64,000 nucleotides of DNA from contig CALXTO010000001.1 of assembly GCA_944391425.1 (NCBI GenBank), forward strand, positions 11,066 to 75,065. The letters are read 5' to 3'. The DNA is from an uncultured Alphaproteobacteria bacterium. Lineage in GTDB: Bacteria > Pseudomonadota > Alphaproteobacteria > RF32 > CAG-239. A program made the position numbers and the translations under genes. Of the stretch, positions 1 through 8,006 are shown piece after piece. The notes beneath the pieces were generated by a model that did no database searches, had not been told where the DNA came from, and saw only the letters and a program-made list of their open reading frames with translations. How positions within the stretch are numbered: the first letter of the stretch is position 1; each line of letters starts with the position of its first letter.

Positions 1-19
1 TTTATAAAATTATTTAGCC

Positions 20-277
20 ATGATAAAAATGTTTCAAATGTTTCGCAAAATTGTGCTGCTGAGGAGATGGATTCTTTTTGGCCACAGTCTGGAGAGTTTC
101 AGAAGGATGACTTGCCGGCATGAATGGGTGTTTTCCGAGAAAAAACAAGACGGCGACGTTTTTTACGATGAACGGCAACGGAAGTGCATTATGATTTCGC
201 AGGAATGCCGTTGCTCACGTTGCGGAAAGACGGAAACGCACAGAATGCAAATGTATCTTTTTGAGAAAATTTTATGA
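20..277 (+). CDS. hypothetical small Cys-rich protein (85 aa)
   Basis: Only sizeable ORF here. It stops a few nt before a strong hairpin plus T-run terminator (284-317). It has a CRCSRCGK-type Cys cluster suggesting a zinc ribbon. No family recognised. Confidence 0.4.
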   Translation: MIKMFQMFRKIVLLRRWILFGHSLESFRRMTCRHEWVFSEKKQDGDVFYDERQRKCIMISQECRCSRCGKTETHRMQMYLFEKIL

Positions 278-283
278 AATGTA

Positions 284-317
284 AAGCCGAAGAATCGTTA
301 TCTTCGGCTTTTTTTTA
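284..317 (+). terminator. Rho-independent terminator
   Basis: Perfect 10-bp stem AAGCCGAAGA (284-293) / TCTTCGGCTT (301-310), 7-nt loop, followed by a T-run. Confidence 0.65.
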
Positions 318-555
318 GAATCGTACGAATCTGTCCGAAACAAGGGAAAATACCGGACTATTTGCTTTTATAATGCCACAAATCTGTGGAAAACCTTGAT
401 TTTTGGGCTTCTCCAAGCCCAAAAAAGGCAAAAATGTTGATAGATTTAATAATTTTATTTGACAGAGTTTTTTTTTAGTGTTCAAATTTTCCTGTAAGCA
501 AGGGAATTCCTTGTTTGACATTGGTTTATAACTTATATTAGAGGGAGTCCTCACC

Positions 556-828
556 GTGAATAAAAATGAATTGATTTCTAGCATTGCTAGCGAAACCGGC
601 CTTACCAAAACAGATTCTGCTAAGGCTTTGGATGCTTTTGTTTCTTCTATCACCAACGCTCTGAAGAAAGGTGATGAAGTTCGTCTGGTTGGTTTTGGTA
701 CTTTTGCCGTTTCTAAACGTGCTGCTACCACCGGCCGCAATCCCCGCACCGGTGCCACGATTAAAATTCCGGCTCGCAAGCAGGCTAAATTCAAAGCTGG
801 TAAAGCTTTGCAAGACTCTGTCAACTAA
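556..828 (+). CDS. hup: DNA-binding protein HU
   Basis: 90 aa, MNKNELISSIA...GFGTFAVSKRAATTGRNPRTGATIKIPARKQAKFKAGKAL is a canonical HU/IHF fold sequence. GTG start with GAGGGAG upstream. The minus-strand ORFs overlapping it are shadow ORFs. Confidence 0.95.
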   Translation: MNKNELISSIASETGLTKTDSAKALDAFVSSITNALKKGDEVRLVGFGTFAVSKRAATTGRNPRTGATIKIPARKQAKFKAGKALQDSVN

Positions 829-879
829 TATAATCAAGGACTGGCTGCGGCCGGTCCTTCTCTTATTAGATTTGACTTT

Positions 880-908
880 GAGCCGTGTTGCCCACGGCTC
901 ATTTTTTT
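880..908 (+). terminator. Rho-independent terminator after hup
   Basis: GAGCCGTG (880-887) / CACGGCTC (893-900) stem followed by ATTTTTTT. Confidence 0.6.
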
Positions 909-933
909 GAAATACAGCGACGAGGTTCGGATA

Positions 934-1812
934 ATGCCGGAAATGGAAGTTATAAAAGACAAGAGAAAATTTGATTTGGCCGTAGAGGTTTATCCTGATT
1001 TTATACGCAACCGTTTTGACGTCATGTATGGTGATGATTTTGATATTTTGAAAATTACGGATGACGGCGAAACTGTTTTTATTCCGCTGCATGCGCAGAA
1101 AAAGGAACTGGTTTGCGGAGTGGCTTTGACGCCTTTGAAGTTGCGTGTTTTTGATGATATGATAGACTTTTTGTTTCGGGCTTATCCAACAATTTCAAGA
1201 ATCCGTTTTTGGCATTCGGTCAACAAGTATCCCGGAATGCATACCAAAATTCATTGGAGCATAGATTTGCCGGCCAGCTGGGAAGAGTATCTGGCCAAAC
1301 TTCCGGGCAGGGTGCGTAATGAAATTAAACGCTATAATAAGAGAGTTACCGAGCATTTTGAGTATGAGTTTAAATACTATAAGGTTAAAGATCTTCCTAA
1401 AGAGATTGTTTCTAAGTACTTTGAATTTAAACAACAAACCCGCCATCGCGGCTATACGCTTTCAGAGGAAGAGTATCTTGAAAAATATTTTGTGACGGAT
1501 GCCGAGGTCTTGTATCTTAACGGAGAATTGGCTGCGGTTAATTTTCTCAGCATAGCTGGGGATAGCGCTTATCTTGAAAATATGGCCAATGATCCGCAAT
1601 ATAATAATTGTTATTTGGGAATCGTTCTTTTTTACCGCTGGATTGAGCGTTTGATCGGCCAGGGATTTAGGGCCTTTTATCTGGGGGGTGGAGATTATCA
1701 GTACAAGCGCCATTGCGCGTCCCGTAAAAATATTGTTTATACCGGGACTGTCGGCCGCTATTCCTGGGCGCGGCTGTGGCAGAAAGTTTTGCGTTTGGCG
1801 GGAAAAAGATAA
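934..1812 (+). CDS. FemAB/CelD-like GNAT-fold acetyltransferase (BioF2-like domain)
   Basis: The ORF track starts at a TTG at 907 inside the hup terminator. I use the ATG at 934, which is preceded by GAGG. The C-terminal half (LNGELAAVNFL...YLENMANDP...FYLGGGDYQYK) resembles Acetyltransf_6/CelD family proteins. The family call is from memory. Confidence 0.55.
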   Translation: MPEMEVIKDKRKFDLAVEVYPDFIRNRFDVMYGDDFDILKITDDGETVFIPLHAQKKELVCGVALTPLKLRVFDDMIDFLFRAYPTISRIRFWHSVNKYPGMHTKIHWSIDLPASWEEYLAKLPGRVRNEIKRYNKRVTEHFEYEFKYYKVKDLPKEIVSKYFEFKQQTRHRGYTLSEEEYLEKYFVTDAEVLYLNGELAAVNFLSIAGDSAYLENMANDPQYNNCYLGIVLFYRWIERLIGQGFRAFYLGGGDYQYKRHCASRKNIVYTGTVGRYSWARLWQKVLRLAGKR

Positions 1813-1846
1813 GAAGGAAATTTTTTTATTTTTTTGAATTTTTTGC

Positions 1847-1875
1847 TTGATTAATTAAATTACAGAGTGTATAAA
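1847..1875 (+). promoter_or_regulatory. putative sigma70 promoter of tRNA-Val
   Basis: TTGATT (1847-1852), 17-nt spacer, TATAAA (1870-1875). The tRNA starts 19 nt downstream. Confidence 0.45.
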
Positions 1876-1893
1876 GTCTTTCGTAAACAAGAG

Positions 1894-1969
1894 GGGCGCT
1901 TAGCTCAGCTGGAAGAGCATCTCGTTTACACCGAGAGGGTCGGGAGTTCGAACCTCTCAGCGCCCACCA
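1894..1969 (+). tRNA. tRNA-Val (anticodon TAC)
   Basis: Hand-folded cloverleaf. Acceptor GGGCGCT/AGCGCCC, D stem GCTC/GAGC, anticodon stem TCTCG/CGAGA with loop TTTACAC, T arm GGGAG-TTCGAAC-CTCTC, encoded ACCA. Confidence 0.95.
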
Positions 1970-2188
1970 ATTAAACCGCCTTTAAGGCGGTTTTTTTATA
2001 TGTGGAAAAGGTTCGAACTCCCTCGGGAGTTCTTCTGGCTCGTAAGCGTTGCTATCGATACGCAACGCTAACTCGCTGCGGTCACTCGATTTGTAACGTT
2101 TTCTCAGTTATGCCGGGATATTTCGAAAACGAACAAATCTTCGCCTGTCGTTAAACCACTCTCCACTGGAGAGTGATTTGGCCTCCAG
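1953..2188 (+). repeat. tandem repeat unit 1 (236 bp)
   Basis: The unit runs from the last 17 nt of tRNA-Val through the terminator and the conserved tRNA-flanking element. Sequence from 1953 onward recurs from 2189 onward (offset 236). Confidence 0.9.
1973..1997 (+). terminator. Rho-independent terminator after tRNA-Val (repeated at 2209-2233)
   Basis: ACCGCC / GGCGGT stem with TTTAA loop and a run of 7 T. An identical second copy lies 236 nt downstream as part of the tandem repeat. Confidence 0.7.
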
Positions 2189-2348
2189 CCTCTCAGCGCC
2201 CACCAATTAAACCGCCTTTAAGGCGGTTTTTTTATATGTGGAAAAGGTTCGAACTCCCTCGGGAGTTCTTCTGGCTCGTAAGCGTTGCTGTCGATACGCA
2301 ACGCTAACTCGCTGCGGTCACTCGATTTGTAACGTTTTCTCGGTTGTG
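2189..2348 (+). repeat. tandem repeat unit 2 (truncated, 160 bp), starting with a partial tRNA-Val 3' end
   Basis: CCTCTCAGCGCCCACCA (2189-2205) equals tRNA positions 1953-1969. The copy matches unit 1 with 3 mismatches (2290, 2342, 2346). It diverges after 2348 and lacks the distal half of the element. Confidence 0.9.
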
Positions 2349-2446
2349 AAAAATTTCAGATTGACTCTTATTGGCTATTTAATACATTAAATGCAGTTCA
2401 GTTTTGATTGGCATGACAAAAACGGAAAGTTTTAAGGCAGGAAAAA

Positions 2447-2959
2447 ATGATTATCCGGACGGAAACGCAAAAAGATTATGATGAAATTTATCATCTGGTC
2501 AGGGATGCCTTTAAGACGGCACAGGTTAGTGACGGGAAAGAGCAGGATTTTGTTGTGAAGCTGCGGCAGGAAGCCGATTATCTTGCTGATTTGGCTTTTG
2601 TTGCGGAGGAAGACGGGCGGATTATTGCCCATATTATGTTAACGAAGCAGAAGGTGTGGACAAGTTCAGGTTTTTTTGAGGCTTTATTGTTGGCTCCTTT
2701 ATGTGTGGCTTTTGATTACAGGAACCGCGGCATTGGCGCAGAATTAGTTCGTTATGCCATGAAGGTTGCGACAGAAAAGGGATATAAGGCCGTTTTTTTG
2801 GTCGGGAATCCGGATTATTACGGGCGTTTTGGTTTTATTGAAGCTTTGCGATATGGTATCCGCAACACGAACGGTATTCCGGCTCAGTATGTTTTGGCCG
2901 CTGAGCTGGAAAAAGGCGCTTTGTTCGGTGTTTCCGGACAAATAACATTTGCCGAATAA
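2447..2959 (+). CDS. GNAT family N-acetyltransferase
   Basis: 170 aa with the acetyl-CoA binding motif RNRGIGAELV and a typical small GNAT layout. AGGCAGGA lies upstream of the ATG. Confidence 0.8.
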   Translation: MIIRTETQKDYDEIYHLVRDAFKTAQVSDGKEQDFVVKLRQEADYLADLAFVAEEDGRIIAHIMLTKQKVWTSSGFFEALLLAPLCVAFDYRNRGIGAELVRYAMKVATEKGYKAVFLVGNPDYYGRFGFIEALRYGIRNTNGIPAQYVLAAELEKGALFGVSGQITFAE

Positions 2960-2960
2960 G

Positions 2961-3227
2961 CTATTTGAGCTGACTGTCTTTGCTGCCGCGGCGATTGTAC
3001 AGGCTGAAAGCTTTTTGTTGTTTGTCGGCTTCTTCTTGGCAATTGATGCAGAGACGTACGCCGGGAACGGCCTGACGGCGGGCAAGGGGAATTTCTTCGC
3101 CGCATTCCTCGCAATACTGCAGGCTTTCTCCGCAAGAGACATTGCGGCGCGCTCTTTTGACTTCATCTTTGATCGAGTCTTCAATTTGTTGGTTAACGGC
3201 ATCGTCTCCCGCCCATCCGTTGGCCAT
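2961..3227 (-). CDS. DksA/TraR family C4-type zinc-finger protein
   Basis: 88 aa with CEECGEEIP...(x)...CINCQ four-Cys finger typical of TraR/DksA. GGGAGG RBS upstream. Confidence 0.8.
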   Translation of the reverse strand: MANGWAGDDAVNQQIEDSIKDEVKRARRNVSCGESLQYCEECGEEIPLARRQAVPGVRLCINCQEEADKQQKAFSLYNRRGSKDSQLK

Positions 3228-3335
3228 GTTTTCCTCCCGGTTGCCGTTTTAGAAATGATAAGTAATATCTTATTTCCATCTTGCATTTTTTTAAAGAGGT
3301 GATATTTTTATTTTGTGTATCAAACGGAGGTGTTT

Positions 3336-3593
3336 ATGGAGAAGAGGGTAGCCATTGTAGGCATTATCGTTGAGAATAAAAATTCAATCGAAACGTTGAA
3401 TTCCATTTTGCATGACTATGCCGACTATATTATCGGCAGAATGGGGCTCCCTTACCGGGCTCGTGGTATCAATATCATCAGTATTGCCATGGATGCACCG
3501 CAGGACGTCATAAACGCCCTTTCAGGAAAAATCGGAAATTTGGAGGGTATTTGCAGCAAGACCGTGTATTCAGACGTGATTTGCAGCGAATAA
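3336..3593 (+). CDS. TM1266-like putative [FeFe]-hydrogenase system regulator (ACT-like)
   Basis: MEKRVAIVGIIVEN...IIGRMGLPYR...NIISIAMDAP resembles the small TM1266 family that usually sits beside hydE/F/G (from memory). Start moved to the ATG at 3336, which is preceded by GGAGG. Confidence 0.6.
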   Translation: MEKRVAIVGIIVENKNSIETLNSILHDYADYIIGRMGLPYRARGINIISIAMDAPQDVINALSGKIGNLEGICSKTVYSDVICSE

Positions 3594-3650
3594 CCCGTTA
3601 ACTTAACATGCTGATGGGGAAGAGTTTTCTGACCCAAAAGGAAGAGAGAA

Positions 3651-5069
3651 ATGTATAATCCAAAGTCATTAAAGGCTGAAGAATTTATCTGTCATGATGA
3701 AGTGACGGAATCTTTGAAATATGCCGAAGAACATAAAAACAATCCGGAACTGATTGATAAAGTTCTTGAAAAAGCTAAGCTGCGTAAAGGGCTTTCGCAT
3801 CGTGAGGCGCTGCTGCTTCTGGATTGTGAGCTGGAAGATAAAAATAAAGAAATTTATGCTCTGGCAGAACAAATAAAAAAAGATTTCTACGGCAACCGCA
3901 TTGTGCTGTTTGCACCTTTATACCTTTCAAACTATTGCGTCAACGGGTGTGTTTATTGTCCGTATCATGCCAAAAACAAGCATATTACCCGTAAAAAGAT
4001 GACGCAGGACGAAATCCGTCGGGAAGTTATCGCTTTGCAGGACATGGGACACAAGCGTCTGGCGTTGGAGGCCGGGGAAGATCCGGTCAACAATCCGATT
4101 GAGTATATTTTGGAATCGATAAAGACGATTTATTCCATAAAACACAAAAACGGAGCAATCCGGCGCGTTAATGTCAATATTGCGGCGACGACAGTTGAAA
4201 ATTACCGCAGATTGAAAGACGCTGGAATCGGAACTTATATCCTGTTTCAGGAAACTTATAACAAGGAAAGTTATGAAAAATTGCATCCGACCGGACCTAA
4301 ACACAATTATGCCTATCATACGGAGGCAATGGACAGAGCCATGGAAGGCGGGATTGACGATGTCGGGCTGGGCGTGTTGTTCGGGTTGGAATCTTACCGT
4401 TATGAGTTTGCGGGGCTTTTGATGCATGCCGAACATCTGGAGGCTGTGCACGGTGTCGGTCCGCATACTATCAGCGTGCCGCGCATTAGGGCGGCGGATG
4501 ATATTGATCCGTCGGCTTTTGAAAACGGCATTAATGATGATATTTTTGCCAAGATTGTCGCTTGTATCCGTATTGCGGTACCGTATACCGGTATGATTGT
4601 TTCAACCAGAGAAAGCCAAAAATCGCGCGAAAGAGTTTTGCATCTGGGAATTTCACAGATCAGCGGCGGTTCCAAGACCAGTGTCGGCGGCTATGCCGAG
4701 CCTGAAGCGGAAGCGGAAAATTCGGCCCAGTTTGATCTCAGCGATCAGCGTACGCTGGATGAGATCATTTACTGGTTGATGGATATGGGATATATTCCGA
4801 GTTTTTGTACGGCCTGCTATCGAGAAGGGCGGACGGGTGACCGGTTCATGGCTCTTTGCAAGAGCAAACAAATTCAAAACTGCTGCCATCCCAATGCTTT
4901 GCTGACTTTGAAAGAATATCTGGAAGATTATGCTTCGCCTCGGACAAAAGCTTTGGGTGACGCCATGATAAAAAAAGAACTATATAATATTCCGAAAGAA
5001 AAAGTCCGAGAGATTGTCGAAAAGAATCTTGAGGAAATCCGGCACGGACTGCGGGACTTTCGCTTCTGA
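3651..5069 (+). CDS. hydG: [FeFe]-hydrogenase maturase HydG (radical SAM tyrosine lyase)
   Basis: 472 aa. Radical-SAM motif CVNGCVYCPY near the N-terminus and a C-terminal CTAC-x22-C cluster motif, which distinguishes HydG from ThiH. Confidence 0.9.
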   Translation: MYNPKSLKAEEFICHDEVTESLKYAEEHKNNPELIDKVLEKAKLRKGLSHREALLLLDCELEDKNKEIYALAEQIKKDFYGNRIVLFAPLYLSNYCVNGCVYCPYHAKNKHITRKKMTQDEIRREVIALQDMGHKRLALEAGEDPVNNPIEYILESIKTIYSIKHKNGAIRRVNVNIAATTVENYRRLKDAGIGTYILFQETYNKESYEKLHPTGPKHNYAYHTEAMDRAMEGGIDDVGLGVLFGLESYRYEFAGLLMHAEHLEAVHGVGPHTISVPRIRAADDIDPSAFENGINDDIFAKIVACIRIAVPYTGMIVSTRESQKSRERVLHLGISQISGGSKTSVGGYAEPEAEAENSAQFDLSDQRTLDEIIYWLMDMGYIPSFCTACYREGRTGDRFMALCKSKQIQNCCHPNALLTLKEYLEDYASPRTKALGDAMIKKELYNIPKEKVREIVEKNLEEIRHGLRDFRF

Positions 5070-5072
5070 CTT

Positions 5073-6251
5073 TCAGCTTAGGCTCAGGATAAAAGCGACC
5101 AGAATAAACAGCATTAGCGCTGTTCCGACGAGAATGACGGGAGCCGAGGAGTCCGTTTCACGGCGAAGTTTCCAATTGGCGGCAAAGATGCCGAGATAAC
5201 TAACCAGAAAAGCTGCACTGGAAAGATTGACAATGGATGAGAAGTCAAAAGCCAGCGTTGCCAGGATGATTAAGATTGTGGTAAACGCATTACCCAGAGT
5301 TCCATGCTCCCAAAATTTTCGGACATAAAAGTGTGGCAGTATTTTTTGCTGGCCTAAAGAATGTGAGATGCGGAAGACGCTGAAGAAAGTGGCGTTTATT
5401 CCGGTAATAAAGGCAAAAACGGCAGCGGCGTAAATCAGCCCGTATCCCCAGGTGCCGAGAATTTTTTCCGCTGCCGTGGCAACAGCCGTATCGGCATTGT
5501 CCAGCAAGCTGGCTGACGGCGTATAGTTGAGGACGACATAAGCCAAGAAAATGTATAATGCGGTGACAATGGCCAAGGTGGCAAAAATCGCCATTGTAAT
5601 TGTGCGTCCGGGGTTTTTAACATTGGCGGCGGCGTTAGTGATGACGCCGTAACCGGCGTAGGCGAAAAAAGTTATGCCGACCGCTTGGAGAAATTTCCAT
5701 TGGGAGGTGGCTATTTCCGGTGCAAACAGGCGCAAGCCGGGTTGGAAAAAAGCACCGATGATTAAAGCAATCAAAATTAACACTTTAATGAAAACAAGCA
5801 GCGTTTCCGAACGTCCGACATCGGCAGCGCCGAGCATATTGAGCAGGGAAAGGGCAGCTATGAGTATGCAGGCAAACGAGTTGATCCATAATTCCGACGG
5901 AGGTATCTGATCAAAAAATTCGGTTGCGTAAATTCCGAAGGATTTAGCCATCATGGAAATGGATATGGCAGAGGTGAGCATGTATATCAGAGAGAGGGTT
6001 CCGGATATCCAGTGATTGGGGAATGCCAGATGAAAATAATTGGTGAGACCTCCGGCAACCGGGTATTTGGCCGCGAGTTTGGCATAAGAGTAGCCTGAAA
6101 ACATGGCGGCAGCTCCGGCCAGGACGAAAGCATAGTAAGTTTGGTGCCCGGCCAGCAGGATGACTTGTCCGAGAAGGGCGAAAATTCCGGCGCCGACAAT
6201 CGAACCGATACCAAGGGAAATAACATTAAGTAAAGACATATTGTTTTGCAT
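5073..6251 (-). CDS. APC-family amino acid permease
   Basis: 392 aa polytopic membrane protein. N-terminal GIGSIVGAGIF motif typical of the APC superfamily. Confidence 0.85.
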   Translation of the reverse strand: MQNNMSLLNVISLGIGSIVGAGIFALLGQVILLAGHQTYYAFVLAGAAAMFSGYSYAKLAAKYPVAGGLTNYFHLAFPNHWISGTLSLIYMLTSAISISMMAKSFGIYATEFFDQIPPSELWINSFACILIAALSLLNMLGAADVGRSETLLVFIKVLILIALIIGAFFQPGLRLFAPEIATSQWKFLQAVGITFFAYAGYGVITNAAANVKNPGRTITMAIFATLAIVTALYIFLAYVVLNYTPSASLLDNADTAVATAAEKILGTWGYGLIYAAAVFAFITGINATFFSVFRISHSLGQQKILPHFYVRKFWEHGTLGNAFTTILIILATLAFDFSSIVNLSSAAFLVSYLGIFAANWKLRRETDSSAPVILVGTALMLFILVAFILSLS

Positions 6252-6380
6252 TTTTATTCTCCGCGCAAAAAATGTAATTGCGGAATTGAAAAAAACAACC
6301 TGTCCGGTTTTTTACCAATGATTAAACTTTAAGACCTATTATTTATTTTGAGCGGAGTTAAACATAGGAAAGGGAAAAAG

Positions 6381-7541
6381 ATGGCAAAACGTTTTATTCT
6401 TAACGAGACCAGCTACCACGGGCACGGGGCGGTTAATGAAATCGTTACCGAAGTGAGGTCCCGCGGATTTAAAAAAGCATTGATTGTGACGGATGCCGAC
6501 CTGGTAAAATTCAAGGTTGTTAAAAAAGTTACGGATTTGCTCGACAAGAACAAGCTTCCTTATGAGGTTTTTGACAAAGTGAAAGCCAATCCCAGCGTGG
6601 AAGTTGTTCAGGATGGCGTTAAGGCATTTAAAAAAGCCAAGGCCGATTATATGATTGCCGTTGGCGGGGGATCTCCTCAGGATACGGCCAAAGGAATCGG
6701 CATTATCATTAATAATCCCGAGTTTGCCGATGTCGTTTCTCTGGAAGGCGTTGCGCCGACCAAAAACAAGAGCGTTCCGGTAATTGCGGTGGCTACTACG
6801 GCCGGAACGGCAGCTGAGACGACTATTAATTATGTGATTACAGATGAGAAGAAACGCCGGAAATTTGTCTGTGTTGATCCGCATGATATTCCGGTGGTAG
6901 CGATTGTTGATCCAGATATGATGTCATCTATGCCCAAGGGGCTGACTGCGGCGACCGGCATGGACGCGCTGACGCATGCAATTGAAGGCTATACGACGCA
7001 GGGGGCATGGGAATTGGCTGATACTCTGAATCTGAAAGCGATTGAGCTGATTTCCAAAAATTTGCGCAAAGCGGTTGAAAATGATCCGGACGGGCGCGAA
7101 GGCATGGCTTTGGGGCAATATGTTACCGGCATGGCTTTTTCCAATGTCGGTTTGGGCGTGGTGCACGGCATGGCACACCCGCTTTCGGCTTTTTATGATA
7201 CGCCGCACGGTGTGGCAAACGCAGTCTTATTGCCGTATGTGATGGAATTTAACGCGCCTTATACAGGCACAAAGTTTCGCGAGATTGCCCGAGCTATGGG
7301 CGTTAAGAAAGTGGATGAAATGAAACAGGCCGAATATCGCGAAGCGGCTGTTAAGGCCGTTAAAAAACTGTCAAAAGATGTCGGTATTCCCAAAACTCTC
7401 AAAGATATCGGGGTTAAAAAAGAAGATTTGGAAGCATTGGCAGAGGCGGCGATGGCCGATGTCTGTACGGGGGGAAATCCACGTCCTTGTTGCAAGGAAT
7501 TGGTTTGGGAAGTTTATAAAAAAGCATATAACGGCAAATAG
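6381..7541 (+). CDS. fucO: iron-containing alcohol dehydrogenase, lactaldehyde reductase-like
   Basis: From MAKRFILNETSYHGHGA onward it is collinear and highly similar to E. coli FucO as I remember it (GGGSPQDT, TTAGTAAE, DPHDIP, HGVANA motifs). The ATG at 6381 is preferred over the upstream track start. Confidence 0.8.
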   Translation: MAKRFILNETSYHGHGAVNEIVTEVRSRGFKKALIVTDADLVKFKVVKKVTDLLDKNKLPYEVFDKVKANPSVEVVQDGVKAFKKAKADYMIAVGGGSPQDTAKGIGIIINNPEFADVVSLEGVAPTKNKSVPVIAVATTAGTAAETTINYVITDEKKRRKFVCVDPHDIPVVAIVDPDMMSSMPKGLTAATGMDALTHAIEGYTTQGAWELADTLNLKAIELISKNLRKAVENDPDGREGMALGQYVTGMAFSNVGLGVVHGMAHPLSAFYDTPHGVANAVLLPYVMEFNAPYTGTKFREIARAMGVKKVDEMKQAEYREAAVKAVKKLSKDVGIPKTLKDIGVKKEDLEALAEAAMADVCTGGNPRPCCKELVWEVYKKAYNGK

Positions 7542-7561
7542 GTTCCGAGCGGTTCCGTCCA

Positions 7562-7593
7562 ATCCCCCGTTTTGGTAGCGGGGGATTTTTTTG
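7562..7593 (+). terminator. Rho-independent terminator
   Basis: AATCCCCCG (7562-7570) / CGGGGGATT (7580-7588) stem followed by a T-run. Confidence 0.7.
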
Positions 7594-7651
7594 CTTTACA
7601 AAACAGGCTGCTTGAGCCATTATCGGGAAAGAATGAATAGGGAGATTGGGA

Positions 7652-8002
7652 ATGCAGTTTGAAATGATGTTTTCAAAAATCCATCGTGCAACCGTTACTG
7701 ATGCCAATTTAAATTATAAGGGCTCAATCACCATTGATGAAGAACTGATGAAACGGGCCGGCTTGAGCGAGTTTCAGAAAGTCGACGTGGTAGATATTGA
7801 TAATGGCGAAAGACTGTCCACATATGTGATTAAAGGGCCGGGTGGAAAAGGCGATATTTGTCTGAACGGCGCTGCCGCGCGAAAAGTTCAGATTGGCGAT
7901 AAAGTCATTATCATTGCTTATGCAACGGTTGACGCAAAGGAGAAAGAGAACTGGAATCCTTTGATTGTTCAGGTTGATGAACATAATCATCCCCGGGATT
8001 AG
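7652..8002 (+). CDS. panD: aspartate 1-decarboxylase
   Basis: [27 protein letters not shown] contains the conserved Gly-Ser self-processing site. The ATG at 7652 follows GGGAG. Confidence 0.9.
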   Translation: MQFEMMFSKIHRATVTDANLNYKGSITIDEELMKRAGLSEFQKVDVVDIDNGERLSTYVIKGPGGKGDICLNGAAARKVQIGDKVIIIAYATVDAKEKENWNPLIVQVDEHNHPRD

Positions 8003-8006
8003 AAAA

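Noticed and set aside
907-933. TTG start given by the ORF track for the CelD-like gene
   Set aside because: It lies within the T-run of the hup terminator. The ATG at 934 has a GAGG RBS, so the shorter model was preferred.
315-1092. Minus-strand ORFs of 169 and 184 aa overlapping hup
   Set aside because: They lie antisense to a strongly supported HU gene and cross its promoter and terminator. The composition is low-complexity. They are shadow ORFs.
2125-2154. tmRNA-like tag reading frame (ENEQIFACR-stop; ANEQTFACRQ... in the Lys copy) next to a tRNA-like 3' end
   Set aside because: The 3' fragments are Val- and Lys-type, not an Ala acceptor with G3:U70. The peptide lacks the hydrophobic (L/V)AA terminus. 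The Lys copy has no nearby stop. The segment is the 3' arm of helix 1. The tmRNA interpretation is therefore rejected.
1998-2188. ORF-less class C group II intron, which inserts just after terminator hairpins
   Set aside because: The element is only ~190 nt. It has no GUGYG 5' end, no domain V-like hairpin and no AY 3' end, so it is far too small.
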